NCBI GenBank assembly: GCA_046583355.1
Contig: JAYGCM010000087.1
Span: 1-64,000 of the forward strand
Direction of reading: 5' to 3'
Origin: Deltaproteobacteria bacterium
Lineage (GTDB): Bacteria; Desulfobacterota; Binatia; UBA12015
Length of the DNA stretch: 64,000 nt
Both the position numbers and the translations under genes were made by a program. The notes beneath the pieces are model-generated. The model was not told where the DNA came from. It made no database searches and saw only the letters and a program-made list of their open reading frames with translations. Each line of letters starts with the position of its first letter. Within the stretch, counting starts at the first letter, position 1. Shown in pieces: positions 1 to 9,428 of this stretch.

Positions 1-295
1 CCCACAGGCCGACGCCGAAACAGATGGCGGCCCCGACAAGCAGGGCGAGGATGCTGCCGTCGAACTCGGCGTTGGTGAGGCCGATGAAATCATGGGCGCC
101 GATCGCGCCGGAAAAAGGCAGTACAAACGCGAGGAAAACAGCTACGCCGCCGGCCCGCGCGATCGGCTTGGTGTGAATCCGGCGCTCGCCGGGTTGGTCG
201 ACGACGCCGAGTGCTACGGCCTTGTCGCGGACCCGCGGCGTGAGCAGCAGGGCAAGGCCGAGGCTGGCCAGGAAGACAAAGATCATCGTCGTCAT
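1..295 (-). CDS. wecA: Undecaprenyl-phosphate GlcNAc-1-phosphate transferase (WecA/MraY family), 5' part; runs off the window
   Basis: Manual translation MTTMIFVFLASLGLALLLTPRVRDKAVALGVVDQPGERRIHTKPIARAGGVAVF has the family D-P..RRIH..P..R.GG motif. Its ATG (295-293) overlaps the wecB stop (ATGA). Confidence 0.85.
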   Translation of the reverse strand, partial: MTTMIFVFLASLGLALLLTPRVRDKAVALGVVDQPGERRIHTKPIARAGGVAVFLAFVLPFSGAIGAHDFIGLTNAEFDGSILALLVGAAICFGVGLW

Positions 296-1485
296 GCGAC
301 GGCTCGGTTCTCTTTTTTGCCACTACAGCGCTGCACAAGCTCCGCCACGATGCGCTCGCCGGCTTGCCCGTCCCAGAGCTCAGGCGTGCGGGTGCCTCGT
401 GCGACCTTCTGTTTTGCCTCCGCCAGGCCGCGCAGAATGCCCGCGCGTGACGTGCCGGCCAGCACATTGCTGCCTTCGGTGATGGTGATCGGACGCTCGG
501 TGTTGTCGCGGATAGTCACGCAGGGAATACCGAGCACGGTCGTCTCTTCCTGGAGGCCGCCGGAATCGGTGAGCACGAATGCCGAGCGGCGCTGCGCACA
601 GAGCATCTGCAGGTAGCTCAGAGGCTCGATGACGAAGATACCGCGCGCGTTTTCGGTCGCCTCGGTTGCTGGTTTGAGGTGTGCCCCCAGCCCGAACGCC
701 TCGATCCGCGCTCGCGTACGTGGGTGAATCGGCAGGAAGAGGGGGGTTTCGGCAGCGATCTCGCTGAGTGCGGACAGGATGCCGGACAGAGTCTCCCGGT
801 CATCGACGTTCGAGGGGCGGTGCAGCGTGCACAGCCCGAAACCGCCGCTCTCGGCGGCCGCCGTCATCGCGGCGGGCAGCTCTTCTTGTTCGGCGGCGGC
901 AAGCGAGCGCAGCAGGGAATCAATCATCGTATTGCCGACGCGTTCGATCTTGTCCTCATTGACGCCCTCGGCGCGCAGGTTCTCGTCGGCGTCGCCTGAG
1001 GTGGTGAAGAGGATGTCGGATAGCGCGTCGGTGACGAGCCGATTCACTTCTTCGGGCATCGCGAGGTCGCGCGAGCGCAGGCCTGCCTCCACATGCGCGA
1101 GCAGGGGGCGTCCCTCGCCCGAAGGTGTGCAGCCATAGGCCTTGGCCGTCACCATGGCGCACGCGGCCGTCGAGTTGACGTCGCCCACGACGAGCACGAC
1201 GTCAGCGCGGTGTTCTTGCAGGACTTTCTCGAAGCCGATCATGACCTTGGCGGTTTGTTCGGCGTGGCTGCCGCTGCCGACGCCGAGGTTCACGGCCGGC
1301 GCGGGAAGGTCCAGGTCGCGAAAGAAATCGTCCGACAGGGCCGCATCGTAATGTTGGCCGGTATGGATGATCTCGGCCTCGATGGCCTCGCGGAACACGC
1401 GCGAATCACGAATCGCCCAGTAAATAGGGGCGATCTTCATATAATTCGGCCGCGCGCCTGCGACGAGTAGGAGTCTGATCTTCAA
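292..1485 (-). CDS. wecB: UDP-N-acetylglucosamine 2-epimerase (non-hydrolysing)
   Basis: Motifs GARPNYMK, HTGQHYD, VGDVNST, HVEAGLRS, PEEVNR, TDSGGLQEE, RDNTERP; TTG start. Confidence 0.95.
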   Translation of the reverse strand: MKIRLLLVAGARPNYMKIAPIYWAIRDSRVFREAIEAEIIHTGQHYDAALSDDFFRDLDLPAPAVNLGVGSGSHAEQTAKVMIGFEKVLQEHRADVVLVVGDVNSTAACAMVTAKAYGCTPSGEGRPLLAHVEAGLRSRDLAMPEEVNRLVTDALSDILFTTSGDADENLRAEGVNEDKIERVGNTMIDSLLRSLAAAEQEELPAAMTAAAESGGFGLCTLHRPSNVDDRETLSGILSALSEIAAETPLFLPIHPRTRARIEAFGLGAHLKPATEATENARGIFVIEPLSYLQMLCAQRRSAFVLTDSGGLQEETTVLGIPCVTIRDNTERPITITEGSNVLAGTSRAGILRGLAEAKQKVARGTRTPELWDGQAGERIVAELVQRCSGKKENRAVA

Positions 1486-1922
1486 TTCTTCGTTGCTTCC
1501 TGCTGTTCGGTACGACGGCCTTGCCGATCCCTCGGCCAGGCTTCACGGCGCCCTCGATTACTGCGGTAGCCCATATAGGGGTTTCCCGCATTCGACCTCA
1601 CAGAAAGCCGGAAGGTCCGAGGTGAGTCAACGGGTGCCCGAGAGATTCTCCGCGCCGTTTCGGGGGTAGTGATCCGTCGCGTCAAACCTCTCGGACACCC
1701 TGCCGTGAAGTCATTTGCTTGAGTATTGGTGGTCATGACGCTTCGCTCGAGCCGTTCTGGTGAAGGACATCCTGTCTGGGCCGCGGAGTCCATGTATTTC
1801 TTTGGATGCGCGGGCGTCCTTTTGGTTGCGTGGCTCATGGCAGGCACAGGAATTTGAGCCGGTCGGAGCGCAGTCGCCAGCGCGAGCAGCAGCCCCAATG
1901 CCCCCATTTTGATTCTCGCCAT
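1482..1922 (-). CDS. Doubtful hypothetical ORF with a signal-peptide-like N-terminus
   Basis: MARIKMGALGLLLALATALRPA follows AGGTGAGG, and its stop overlaps the wecB start. The rest of the protein looks non-coding in composition. Confidence 0.2.
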   Translation of the reverse strand: MARIKMGALGLLLALATALRPAQIPVPAMSHATKRTPAHPKKYMDSAAQTGCPSPERLERSVMTTNTQANDFTAGCPRGLTRRITTPETARRISRAPVDSPRTFRLSVRSNAGNPYMGYRSNRGRREAWPRDRQGRRTEQQEATKN

Positions 1923-2425
1923 AGCCCTCACCTGTCTTCGGATTGCAGAAACCTGGATGTCGGATTTAGAAACGGGCCGATCGGCAGAGGGGGCTACAGA
2001 CCAACGGCTCTTATCGCTTGAAATTCGCATATTGGGAAAAAATGTCAAGCCAGCCATCGACCGAGCCGGACAGCCTATGTCCGCCACGAGGGGGAAACGC
2101 CCAATATTCGCGGTTTTCCGCTCGCGCCTGGCCGGGATGCGGCTCAGTCTGCCATCTGCGGCGGACAACGGGTGTCCGGTGGGGTCGGGCCACGGACGCA
2201 GTGCCTGCCTTGCACCGGCGATGCACGGCGGGAATCCTTTGTTGGCCAAGCCCCTGCATGGCTGGGTCTATCCCGAACTGTGGTTCCTTCCGGGCCGCCG
2301 GCCTTGCCCGGGATTTCGGAATATGCAACTCGTGCACGGCGGGTTTCTCTGTAGTCCAGAGACGCGCGGGATTCATCGCCGATGCCGCTTTCCTCATCAT
2401 CTACGGCGCCCCCAGGAGTTGACGG

Positions 2426-3553
2426 ATGTATCCCTTCGGTTTTGCCCGCCTCTTTTTTATTGTATTGATTGCGACGGCTGCGGTGTTCACCGCAATACTG
2501 GTGGCCCCGGTATCGGCTGCGGCGAGCGAGTTGTGCACTCAGGACCGAATCCGTCCCGATGGCAGGCTGACGAGAATTTCCTTTGAGTGTGCCTCGGGCA
2601 AGTATGTCGCAATGGCGAGGTTTGGGTCGGATGGCAAATTGCAATTTCTGCGGGAACGTCGCGCAGGTAGCCGGCTTCGTCTCTCCTTTCGCGCAAACGG
2701 CGATACCCGGCGCGCGTCTTACGGCGTCTCGGGTGGCCTGCGCGCGACCTTCAGGCCACGAGGATCTCGCGTTCGCGATGCGGGGAGTGTCGGCGCGACG
2801 CATGCCATGGACGGGCTACGCGTCTTTCATAGCGGGACTAGCCTGACGCATTACGATCGCGATGGTGTGCCCGAGTGGCGGCTGGGTGTCAGCGGCGAGG
2901 CCTTGGCCTTCCCGGAGGCCATTCTCGCGGAGATTCGCAGCGACTACTTTGGCCAGGCTTTCGACCGTGCGATCAGGGCGCGAGTCGAGCGCGGTGAGGC
3001 GCGTGACGGCGCGTTCTTCGGCGACTCCATCTTGGCGCAGCTGAATGGTTTGGTCCACCCCGAAAATAGCGCGACATGGTTCAGCTTGATCGGTGGCCAT
3101 GCGGTGGTGAATGCGGCGATCGCGGGCGACCGTATCCGGCATAATCTCGGCCGCCTGTGGGCGATCGAGCCGACCGCGAAGCTCATCGCTCTGCAGATCG
3201 GCACCAACGACCACCACCCGAACTTCCCGAATGCCGATCCGATCGAAACAGCCGAGGGCATCGCCCGGTTTGTTGCCGAAGCACAACGACTCGCGCCCAA
3301 TGCGGTCATTCTATTGGTCGCCATACCGCCAACGACCGACGATATCTGGTCTCCGAAAAACCAGGTGACCAACGAGTTGATCGCCAAAATTGCCGACGGC
3401 GATCGTGTTCGCTTCACGGATCCGTCATCGCTGTCGCTGGTCGATATGAGCGACCCGAGCCACACGCCCGACGGCGTGCATTTTCTCCCGCCTGCCGCTG
3501 CCCTCTGGTACGGCGCGCTGACGCCGATTTTCGCCGAAATCCTCAGCGAATGA
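2426..3553 (+). CDS. Secreted SGNH/GDSL hydrolase with an unknown N-terminal domain
   Basis: Signal peptide; blocks FFGDSI, NAAIAGD, QIGTND, DGVH; AGGAG SD. Confidence 0.85.
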   Translation: MYPFGFARLFFIVLIATAAVFTAILVAPVSAAASELCTQDRIRPDGRLTRISFECASGKYVAMARFGSDGKLQFLRERRAGSRLRLSFRANGDTRRASYGVSGGLRATFRPRGSRVRDAGSVGATHAMDGLRVFHSGTSLTHYDRDGVPEWRLGVSGEALAFPEAILAEIRSDYFGQAFDRAIRARVERGEARDGAFFGDSILAQLNGLVHPENSATWFSLIGGHAVVNAAIAGDRIRHNLGRLWAIEPTAKLIALQIGTNDHHPNFPNADPIETAEGIARFVAEAQRLAPNAVILLVAIPPTTDDIWSPKNQVTNELIAKIADGDRVRFTDPSSLSLVDMSDPSHTPDGVHFLPPAAALWYGALTPIFAEILSE

Positions 3554-3726
3554 CGCTCGATGCCCCGGGCTGAGGCGCGGGGCAGCGCCGTTGTATGCAC
3601 GCAGTACAATTTATTTTTGCCATCGCTAGCGGTAGCCGCCGAGTCGGCGCAGGCTTGCCCTTGGCGAACGGGGTCTGCTCGAAGCGGCCCCGCACCAGGA
3701 TTGTAAATGGGACGAGGAAAAGCGTG

Positions 3727-3939
3727 ATGGAGAAGACAGGCCGCGGAGACGGGCTGCCGCCGGGCAGCCTTGAGCCCGACAGCCGGGCATGGAAGGCGTT
3801 CTGGCATTGGGTGCGCGCCGAGGGGGGCCGCCTCATGGCGCAATACGGCATCCGCGAAGAGGGTGAGTGGCGCGCTTTTCTCGCCGATCTCCGCGAGTCG
3901 CCACGCCCGCCCCGCAACTGGCCGCCCCGCTCGCATTGA
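3727..3939 (+). CDS. Small hypothetical protein (70 aa)
   Basis: GAGGA upstream of GTG-ATG; Trp-rich helical sequence WKAFWHWVRAEGG...WRAFLADL. Confidence 0.4.
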   Translation: MEKTGRGDGLPPGSLEPDSRAWKAFWHWVRAEGGRLMAQYGIREEGEWRAFLADLRESPRPPRNWPPRSH

Positions 3940-4065
3940 GCTGGGGGGCTATGGGAGCGGGAGGCATGTTGCGGTGCTGCTGGCGCGCGATCTCGGCGGC
4001 CGGACCACAATGCTCGCGCGGCAGGCCGGAAGCCAAGCGTTGCGGAAGCTGGTATCGCTCGGGGC

Positions 4066-5538
4066 ATGGCAGGGTCTTCCGAGGCAGAATCCGTTTCCTT
4101 TGATATCGAACGCGCGCGGTCTGGGATTGACGATCTCTGGGAGAGCTCGATTCTTCCCGCGCTTACCGAGTATATCCGGATTCCGGCCAAATCGATCGCT
4201 TTTGATCGGGAGTGGGCTGAGCATGGGCACCTCGATGCGGCGGTCGCGCTGGCCGAGCGCTGGGCGCGCGCGCATGCACCAGCGGGAGCCACCATCGAGG
4301 TCGTTCGTCTCGGCAAGCGTACCCCTGTGCTTGTCGTTGAGGCTCCGGGTTCGGCTCCGGGCAGCGTTCTGCTCTACGGGCATCTCGACAAGCAGCCCGA
4401 GATGGTCGGCTGGGAAGAGGGGCTCGGTGCCTGGGAGCCTATGCTGCGCGACGGGCGCCTCTACGGCCGCGGCGGCGCCGACGATGGCTACGCCGTCTTT
4501 GCCTCGCTGGCTGCCCTGCGTGCGCTCGACGAGCAGGGCACGGCGCGTGCGAGTGCCTTTGTGCTGATCGAATGCAGCGAAGAGAGCGGTAGCCCGGACC
4601 TGCCGGCGTATGTCGAGCATCTGGCCGAGCGCATCGGCCAACCCGACCTGGTGGTCTGCCTCGACTCGGGCTGCGGCGACTACGAGCGGCTCTGGCATAC
4701 GACCTCGTTGCGCGGTGTGATGGTCGGCGACCTGAGCGTCGAGATCCTGCGCGAAGGCGTGCATTCCGGCGATGCGAGCGGTGTCGTTCCCTCCAGTTTT
4801 CGCATTTTGCGCAGCTTGCTCGATAGGCTCGAAGATCCGCATACGGGCGAGGTGAAGCTGGCCGCCCTGCATACTGAGATCCCGGCCGGGCGGCGCGCGC
4901 AGGCCGCCGCCGCCGCCGAGGTGCTGGGCGATGCCGTCTATAATAAATTTCCCTGGGCCGAGGGTGCCGGGCCGGTGGTGCCGGAGGCAGCCGACGGCGG
5001 CGAGCTCTCCGCAGAAGACCGCCGGACCGAACTCGTGCTGGCGCGCACCTGGCGGCCAACGGTCTCGGTAACCGGCGCCGATGGTCTGCCGGCAATGGCG
5101 GATGCGGGCAATGTTCTGCGACCGTCGACCTCGGTCAAGCTGAGCTTGCGTCTACCGCCGACGATCGATCCGGCCGCAGCCACACGAGCGGTGAGGGAAG
5201 TTTTGGTTGCTGATCCTCCCTATGGCGCGAAGGTGACGTTTCGCGGTGCGGGCGAGGGCGGCTGGGAGGCGCCGGCGCTGGCCGGGTGGCTCGAAGACGC
5301 GCTTGATACGGTCTCGGAGGCCTGGTTCGGCGCGAAATCCGTCGCGATGGGCGAGGGTGGCTCCATCCCTTTCATGGGCATGCTCGGAGAGAAATTTCCC
5401 GACGCCCAATTCGTCATCACGGGTGTGCTCGGGCCGCATTCGAATGCGCATGGCCCCAACGAGTTCCTTGAGATCAAAACGGCGCGCCGGCTGACGGGTT
5501 GTGTGGCGCAGCTCCTGGCGTTGCACGCGGCGCGCTGA
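4066..5538 (+). CDS. M20/M25/M40 family metallopeptidase (dipeptidase-like)
   Basis: YGHLDKQP, YGRGGADDG, EESGS, HSG, NAHGPNE metal-binding motifs. Confidence 0.92.
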   Translation: MAGSSEAESVSFDIERARSGIDDLWESSILPALTEYIRIPAKSIAFDREWAEHGHLDAAVALAERWARAHAPAGATIEVVRLGKRTPVLVVEAPGSAPGSVLLYGHLDKQPEMVGWEEGLGAWEPMLRDGRLYGRGGADDGYAVFASLAALRALDEQGTARASAFVLIECSEESGSPDLPAYVEHLAERIGQPDLVVCLDSGCGDYERLWHTTSLRGVMVGDLSVEILREGVHSGDASGVVPSSFRILRSLLDRLEDPHTGEVKLAALHTEIPAGRRAQAAAAAEVLGDAVYNKFPWAEGAGPVVPEAADGGELSAEDRRTELVLARTWRPTVSVTGADGLPAMADAGNVLRPSTSVKLSLRLPPTIDPAAATRAVREVLVADPPYGAKVTFRGAGEGGWEAPALAGWLEDALDTVSEAWFGAKSVAMGEGGSIPFMGMLGEKFPDAQFVITGVLGPHSNAHGPNEFLEIKTARRLTGCVAQLLALHAAR

Positions 5539-5550
5539 ACGAGCTGTCAG

Positions 5551-5599
5551 AAAAGGGAAAACCGCCGGACGGGAAGAAGGGGGAAGCCCGTCCGGCGGT
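5551..5599 (-). terminator. Intrinsic terminator downstream of the XRE gene (possibly bidirectional)
   Basis: 13-bp perfect stem ACCGCCGGACGGG/CCCGTCCGGCGGT, followed on the minus strand by TTTCCCTTTT; lies between convergent genes. Confidence 0.7.
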
Positions 5600-5710
5600 C
5601 TGGAACGGACGGTCTCGGGCGAATTCCCAGAGGCGCGTCCTTATTGGCGCGTGCGGCTGGCAGCGGCGGAGGCATGGGGGCGGAGGCCGCTGCGGCGCCA
5701 GCCGCCGCGC

Positions 5711-5968
5711 TCAGCCCGCGGCCGTATGCACGCGGGCGTAGCGGAAGTTCTCGAGTCCGACGGGCGTGGCCGCTAGCTCGCTGCCGCGTTGCTCGTTCTC
5801 GATCCGCTCGATGCTCTGCTGCGCAAGTTTGCTGGGCTTGGTGTGGGCATTCTCCCAGCGGTTCACAGTCGAGACAGTGACGCCGAGTTGATGCGCCAAT
5901 CCCTCCTGGGTCATGTCCATCCTATGGCGGAACTCTCTGATTTCGACTCCAGTTTTTGCGTTCGACAT
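5711..5968 (-). CDS. XRE/Cro-family helix-turn-helix protein (85 aa)
   Basis: IREFRHRMDMTQEGLAHQLGVTVSTVNRWENAHTKPS is a canonical HTH_3 pattern; purine-rich SD before ATG 5968. Confidence 0.88.
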   Translation of the reverse strand: MSNAKTGVEIREFRHRMDMTQEGLAHQLGVTVSTVNRWENAHTKPSKLAQQSIERIENEQRGSELAATPVGLENFRYARVHTAAG

Positions 5969-6031
5969 GGTTCTCGTCCTTGTCCTTCCTGCGGGCGGAA
6001 ACGCCCGCGTTTTGGTTCTGAGGAGAGGTAC

Positions 6032-6047
6032 TGCAAGCCGCTTGCCA
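6032..6047 (-). promoter_or_regulatory. Sigma-54 -24/-12 promoter for the XRE gene
   Basis: Minus strand TGGCAAGCGGCTTGCA = GG-N10-GC with TTGCA, about 65 nt upstream of the ATG. Confidence 0.65.
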
Positions 6048-6218
6048 ACATTCGTGCAGGCCGAAAACCTTGTGTTCTTTGGTTGCGCGCATGCGGCAGG
6101 GCGCGAGGAGTGAGCCGCAGCAGACACAGGTGTCGCCGCAGGAGGACGGTCGGCGCAGGGCGGCGTGCGCCGGTGCGAGCCGGTGGGAGCCGGACTCAGG
6201 CCCGCGGGGCGTGGCTCA

Positions 6219-6989
6219 TCAGGCCCGCGCCGCAAGGCTCAGGCCCGCGCGCAGGATCAGGAAAAGCGCAATGCCGGTGAGCGCGGCCTTGAAGAGAATC
6301 GTGAACTGCCTCTCGTCGACCTTGTCGAGCAGTCGGCTACCAAACCAGGTGCCGGCAAAAACCGCCGGGATCGCCATGGCGTAGAAGCCGAAATAGCCGA
6401 GAAAGAGAAAGCCGGTCGCACCAAAGAGAATGATCTTGACCAAATGGCCGGCCATCTGGCAGATCGCCTTGGTGCCGATAATGGCCTGGCGCGAAAGCCC
6501 GATGCCAAGGAAGAAGGGCGCGAGCATGGGCCCGACCGCACCGATCACGACATTGAGCGCGCCGGCGGCGCCGCCGAGCAAGAAGAAGGTGCGGTTGGCG
6601 TGCTCGGCGGTGGGCTTGGCTCCGAGGGTAAGCCAGGAGCGCTTCCAGGTGGCGATGAGCACGAAGACACCGATGCCGGCCTTGAGGTGGTCGGGTTCGA
6701 TGCCACGGGCAAATTGCAGTGCAATATAGCCCGCCGGCAGCAGCAGGATCATGTAGCGCCAGACCAGCGGCCATTGCACATGCTGGCGCTGGACCAGCGA
6801 GCGGCTGCCGTTGGAGGCGAGCTGAATCACGGCGTGAATCGGCAGCGCGACCAGCGGGTCCAGAACCAGCAACATACTTGATAGAAGGATGATGCCGCCG
6901 GCCATCCCAACGATCGCCGAGAGGGTGGATGTCGCAAAGGCAAGCGCTGCCAGCGCGACAGCCGTCTCGATCGGAAGCTCCCCGATCAC
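6219..6989 (-). CDS. Sulfite exporter TauE/SafE family membrane protein
   Basis: Multi-TM; GMAGGIIL and GAVGPML repeats; GTG start overlaps the gpx stop (GTGA). Confidence 0.85.
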   Translation of the reverse strand: MIGELPIETAVALAALAFATSTLSAIVGMAGGIILLSSMLLVLDPLVALPIHAVIQLASNGSRSLVQRQHVQWPLVWRYMILLLPAGYIALQFARGIEPDHLKAGIGVFVLIATWKRSWLTLGAKPTAEHANRTFFLLGGAAGALNVVIGAVGPMLAPFFLGIGLSRQAIIGTKAICQMAGHLVKIILFGATGFLFLGYFGFYAMAIPAVFAGTWFGSRLLDKVDERQFTILFKAALTGIALFLILRAGLSLAARA

Positions 6990-7474
6990 GCCAAAGCAGA
7001 TTCGATGGCGCTTACGATTTCGTCGGCATCCGGAGCGGTCGGCGGCTCGAAGCGCGCGAGGATGGCGCCGTCTTTGCCGATCAGGAACTTTCCGAAATTC
7101 CACTTGATGTCGCCCGAGGCTTCGGGTGATGTCTCGGCAGAATTGAGCCAGGCGTAGAGCGGTGCCTGGCCTTCGCCGTTCACGTCGACCTTCGAGAACA
7201 TCGGGAAGGTGACGCCGAATTTGCTCTCACAAAAGGTCGCGACTTCGGCGTCGCTGCCCGGTTCCTGGCCGGCGAATTGGTTGCAGGGGAAGCCGAGAAC
7301 CGAAAATCCCTGCGCGCCGTATTTCTTCTGCAGCGCTTCGAGGCCTTCGTATTGCGGCGTCAGGCCGCAGGCCGAGGCGACGTTTACGACCAGCGCGACT
7401 TGTCCCTTGAAATCAGCCAGCGACTTCGTGTCGCCTGTAATCGTCGTCATTGAAAAATCATGCAAGTTGCTCAT
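6986..7474 (-). CDS. Glutathione peroxidase (Cys type, BtuE/Gpx family)
   Basis: NVASACGLTPQY, LGFPCNQFAGQEP, IKWNFGKFL. Confidence 0.95.
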   Translation of the reverse strand: MSNLHDFSMTTITGDTKSLADFKGQVALVVNVASACGLTPQYEGLEALQKKYGAQGFSVLGFPCNQFAGQEPGSDAEVATFCESKFGVTFPMFSKVDVNGEGQAPLYAWLNSAETSPEASGDIKWNFGKFLIGKDGAILARFEPPTAPDADEIVSAIESALA

Positions 7475-7778
7475 GGCTGTTTCCTTCTCGTCTGCGCGCG
7501 GTGGAGCCGCGGGTCCATTCTATGCTGCCGGCGCTTCGGGCCCCCAGCCTTGCTGGGGACCTCTCGGAGGTGCCCGATGCTGTTTTCCGTCGCGGCAATT
7601 CTTCGTTCGTTTAACCTGATGGGGATCCGGTTGTCAGGGGGCGCTCGGTTCGCTGACTCCGGGTGGAGGCGAAGGCGCTCGGGAACCTTCGGGGCGGTGG
7701 GTGAAGGCGGGCTCTTCCGGGCCTTTAGCTTCGGATTCTTTCGCCACAATCCCGAGTTTTCGCCTGCTATACCTTGAT

Positions 7779-7793
7779 ATTCGCTTTATGTTC
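7779..7793 (+). promoter_or_regulatory. Putative LexA/SOS box (GTTC-N7-GTTC type)
   Basis: ATTC-GCTTTAT-GTTC lies just downstream of a -10-like TATACC and 7 nt before the ATG of the HNH remnant. Confidence 0.45.
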
Positions 7794-7800
7794 GCTATGC

Positions 7801-8049
7801 ATGGAGGGCAAGCGCCGCAATCTTCACGACCACCATATTCGCTTCCGTTCGCGTGGCGGTTCCAACCAGCAGACCAACCGGGTCACGGTCTGCGCACAGC
7901 ATCACCTTCGCGGTATTCATGGCGGCCGGATTCGCGGCGAAGGAGAAGCCCCATCGGCAATTCACTGGCAACTCGGTCTTTCGGGCACGCGAGGCCCGCT
8001 GGTCGAGACCCTCGGCGAGACCTACGTCGCCTCCAGCGCCGTGAGGTAG
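7801..8049 (+). pseudogene. HNH endonuclease C-terminal fragment (DUF222/13E12-like repeat element remnant)
   Basis: MEGKRRNLHDHHIRFRSRGGSNQQTNRVTVCAQHHLRGIHGG has the HH..N..C..HH core but lacks the upstream CxxC/CxxPGC and the N-terminal domain. Confidence 0.7.
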
Positions 8050-8098
8050 TCGGCCGGAAGTATCGTCTGCGAAAGCCCGTTTCCCCGCGACGGCGGGT

Positions 8099-9346
8099 TT
8101 AGCTCAACAGGCTGCGGGCAATCTGCGAGATCTGAATTTCGTCGGTGCCCGCATAGATCTGCAGCACCTTGGCGTCACGGCAAAGCTGCTCGACCTGAAA
8201 TTCGGCCATATAGCCGTTGCCGCCGTGTAGCTGTACGGCTTCAAGCGCAACATTCATAGCGGCCCGCGCCGCGTAGAGCTTGCCGGCCGAGGCTTCGGCC
8301 AGGCTGGAGGGCTTGCCCAGCGCCGCCCGCTCGATCTGTGCGAAGACCAGGGTCTGCAGGTTCATCCGCGCGACCTCCATCTCGGCGATCTTGTTCTGGA
8401 TCAGCTGGAATTGACCAATTGGCTTGCCGAATTGTACCCGTGTCTTCGCGTATTCCACGCAGACCTCAAGGCAACGCTCGACAATCCCGAGCGACATCGC
8501 CACCACACCGATCCGCTCGGTATTGAACGTCGATTTGGCGCCGGAGCGGTCACCGGCCACGTCCTCGGACTCGCCGATCAGGCGGTCCTTGCCGACGCGT
8601 ACATCGTCAAGGAAAAGCTGGCCGGTCGGCGAGGAATGCATGCCCATTTTGCGCAGGGGCTTGGACTGCTCCAAGCCTTTGGTGCCCTTGTCGAGGATGA
8701 AGCTCAGCACCTTGCGTTCGCGCGGCTCGTTGCCCTCGTCGAGTTTGCAGATGAAGATGATCGTATCGGCATAGGGGCCGTTGGTGATGAAGGTCTTGCT
8801 GCCGTTGAGCACATAGCCTTCGCCGTCGCGTTTGGCGGTCGCGGCCATGCTGCCGAAGGCATCCGAGCCGGAGCCCGGTTCGGTGATGGCCCAGGCGCCG
8901 ATCTTCTCCATGGTGATCAGTTGCGGAATGAAGCGCTCTTTTTGGGCGATGGTGCCTTTGGAGCGGATGGCGCCGGCGGTCAGCCCAACGCTGACACCCA
9001 TGGCCGTGACCATGCCCGGGCAATAGCGGCAGAGTTCGATGATCGGCAAGAGCTGCATGGCGGCGGAGTCGATGCCCTGCTCGAAGGAAATTTCGCGTTT
9101 CTCGCGCTTGGTCGGCTCCTCGCCTCGCTCGCGTGCGGCCGCGTCTTCCTTCTCGCGCTTGATCTGGCTGGCGAAGCGCTGCAGGCCCATCTCTCCGATG
9201 CCGAAGGTCTTGTACATCTTGCGCAGCACGTCGTAGGGCGGGGTGTCGCCGTGCTCGAGTTCTTCGAGGTTCGGTGCGATCTCGGCCTCGATGAACTTCC
9301 GAAGCGCGTCGCGCAGGACAATATGCTGCTCATTCCATTCGATCAT
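8099..9346 (-). CDS. Acyl-CoA dehydrogenase
   Basis: WAITEPGSGSDA, LNGSKTFITNG, RVQFGKPIGQFQ, QLHGGNGY, IYAGTDEI. Confidence 0.95.
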   Translation of the reverse strand: MIEWNEQHIVLRDALRKFIEAEIAPNLEELEHGDTPPYDVLRKMYKTFGIGEMGLQRFASQIKREKEDAAARERGEEPTKREKREISFEQGIDSAAMQLLPIIELCRYCPGMVTAMGVSVGLTAGAIRSKGTIAQKERFIPQLITMEKIGAWAITEPGSGSDAFGSMAATAKRDGEGYVLNGSKTFITNGPYADTIIFICKLDEGNEPRERKVLSFILDKGTKGLEQSKPLRKMGMHSSPTGQLFLDDVRVGKDRLIGESEDVAGDRSGAKSTFNTERIGVVAMSLGIVERCLEVCVEYAKTRVQFGKPIGQFQLIQNKIAEMEVARMNLQTLVFAQIERAALGKPSSLAEASAGKLYAARAAMNVALEAVQLHGGNGYMAEFQVEQLCRDAKVLQIYAGTDEIQISQIARSLLS

Positions 9347-9428
9347 GCCGGGAAAAGAAGCCCACGGATGGCGTATCCGCAACGTCTCCTCCCATGCGGG
9401 GCGCGAATCTGATACCCAGCGCTTCGAT

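Noticed and set aside
1561..1572. ops/JUMPstart element upstream of the polysaccharide genes
   Set aside because: Only a partial GCGGTAGC match, and on the strand opposite to wecB transcription.
3591..3609. Palindrome TTGTA-N9-TACAA
   Set aside because: Single occurrence; spacing matches neither GTA-N8-TAC nor TGT-N10-ACA, so it cannot be assigned.
5711..6235. Toxin-antitoxin module around the XRE gene
   Set aside because: No RelE/HigB/HipA-like ORF on either side; the longer 174-aa ORF call extends through promoter sequence.
7355..7385. Possible selenocysteine in the glutathione peroxidase
   Set aside because: The active-site codon is TGC (Cys), not TGA.
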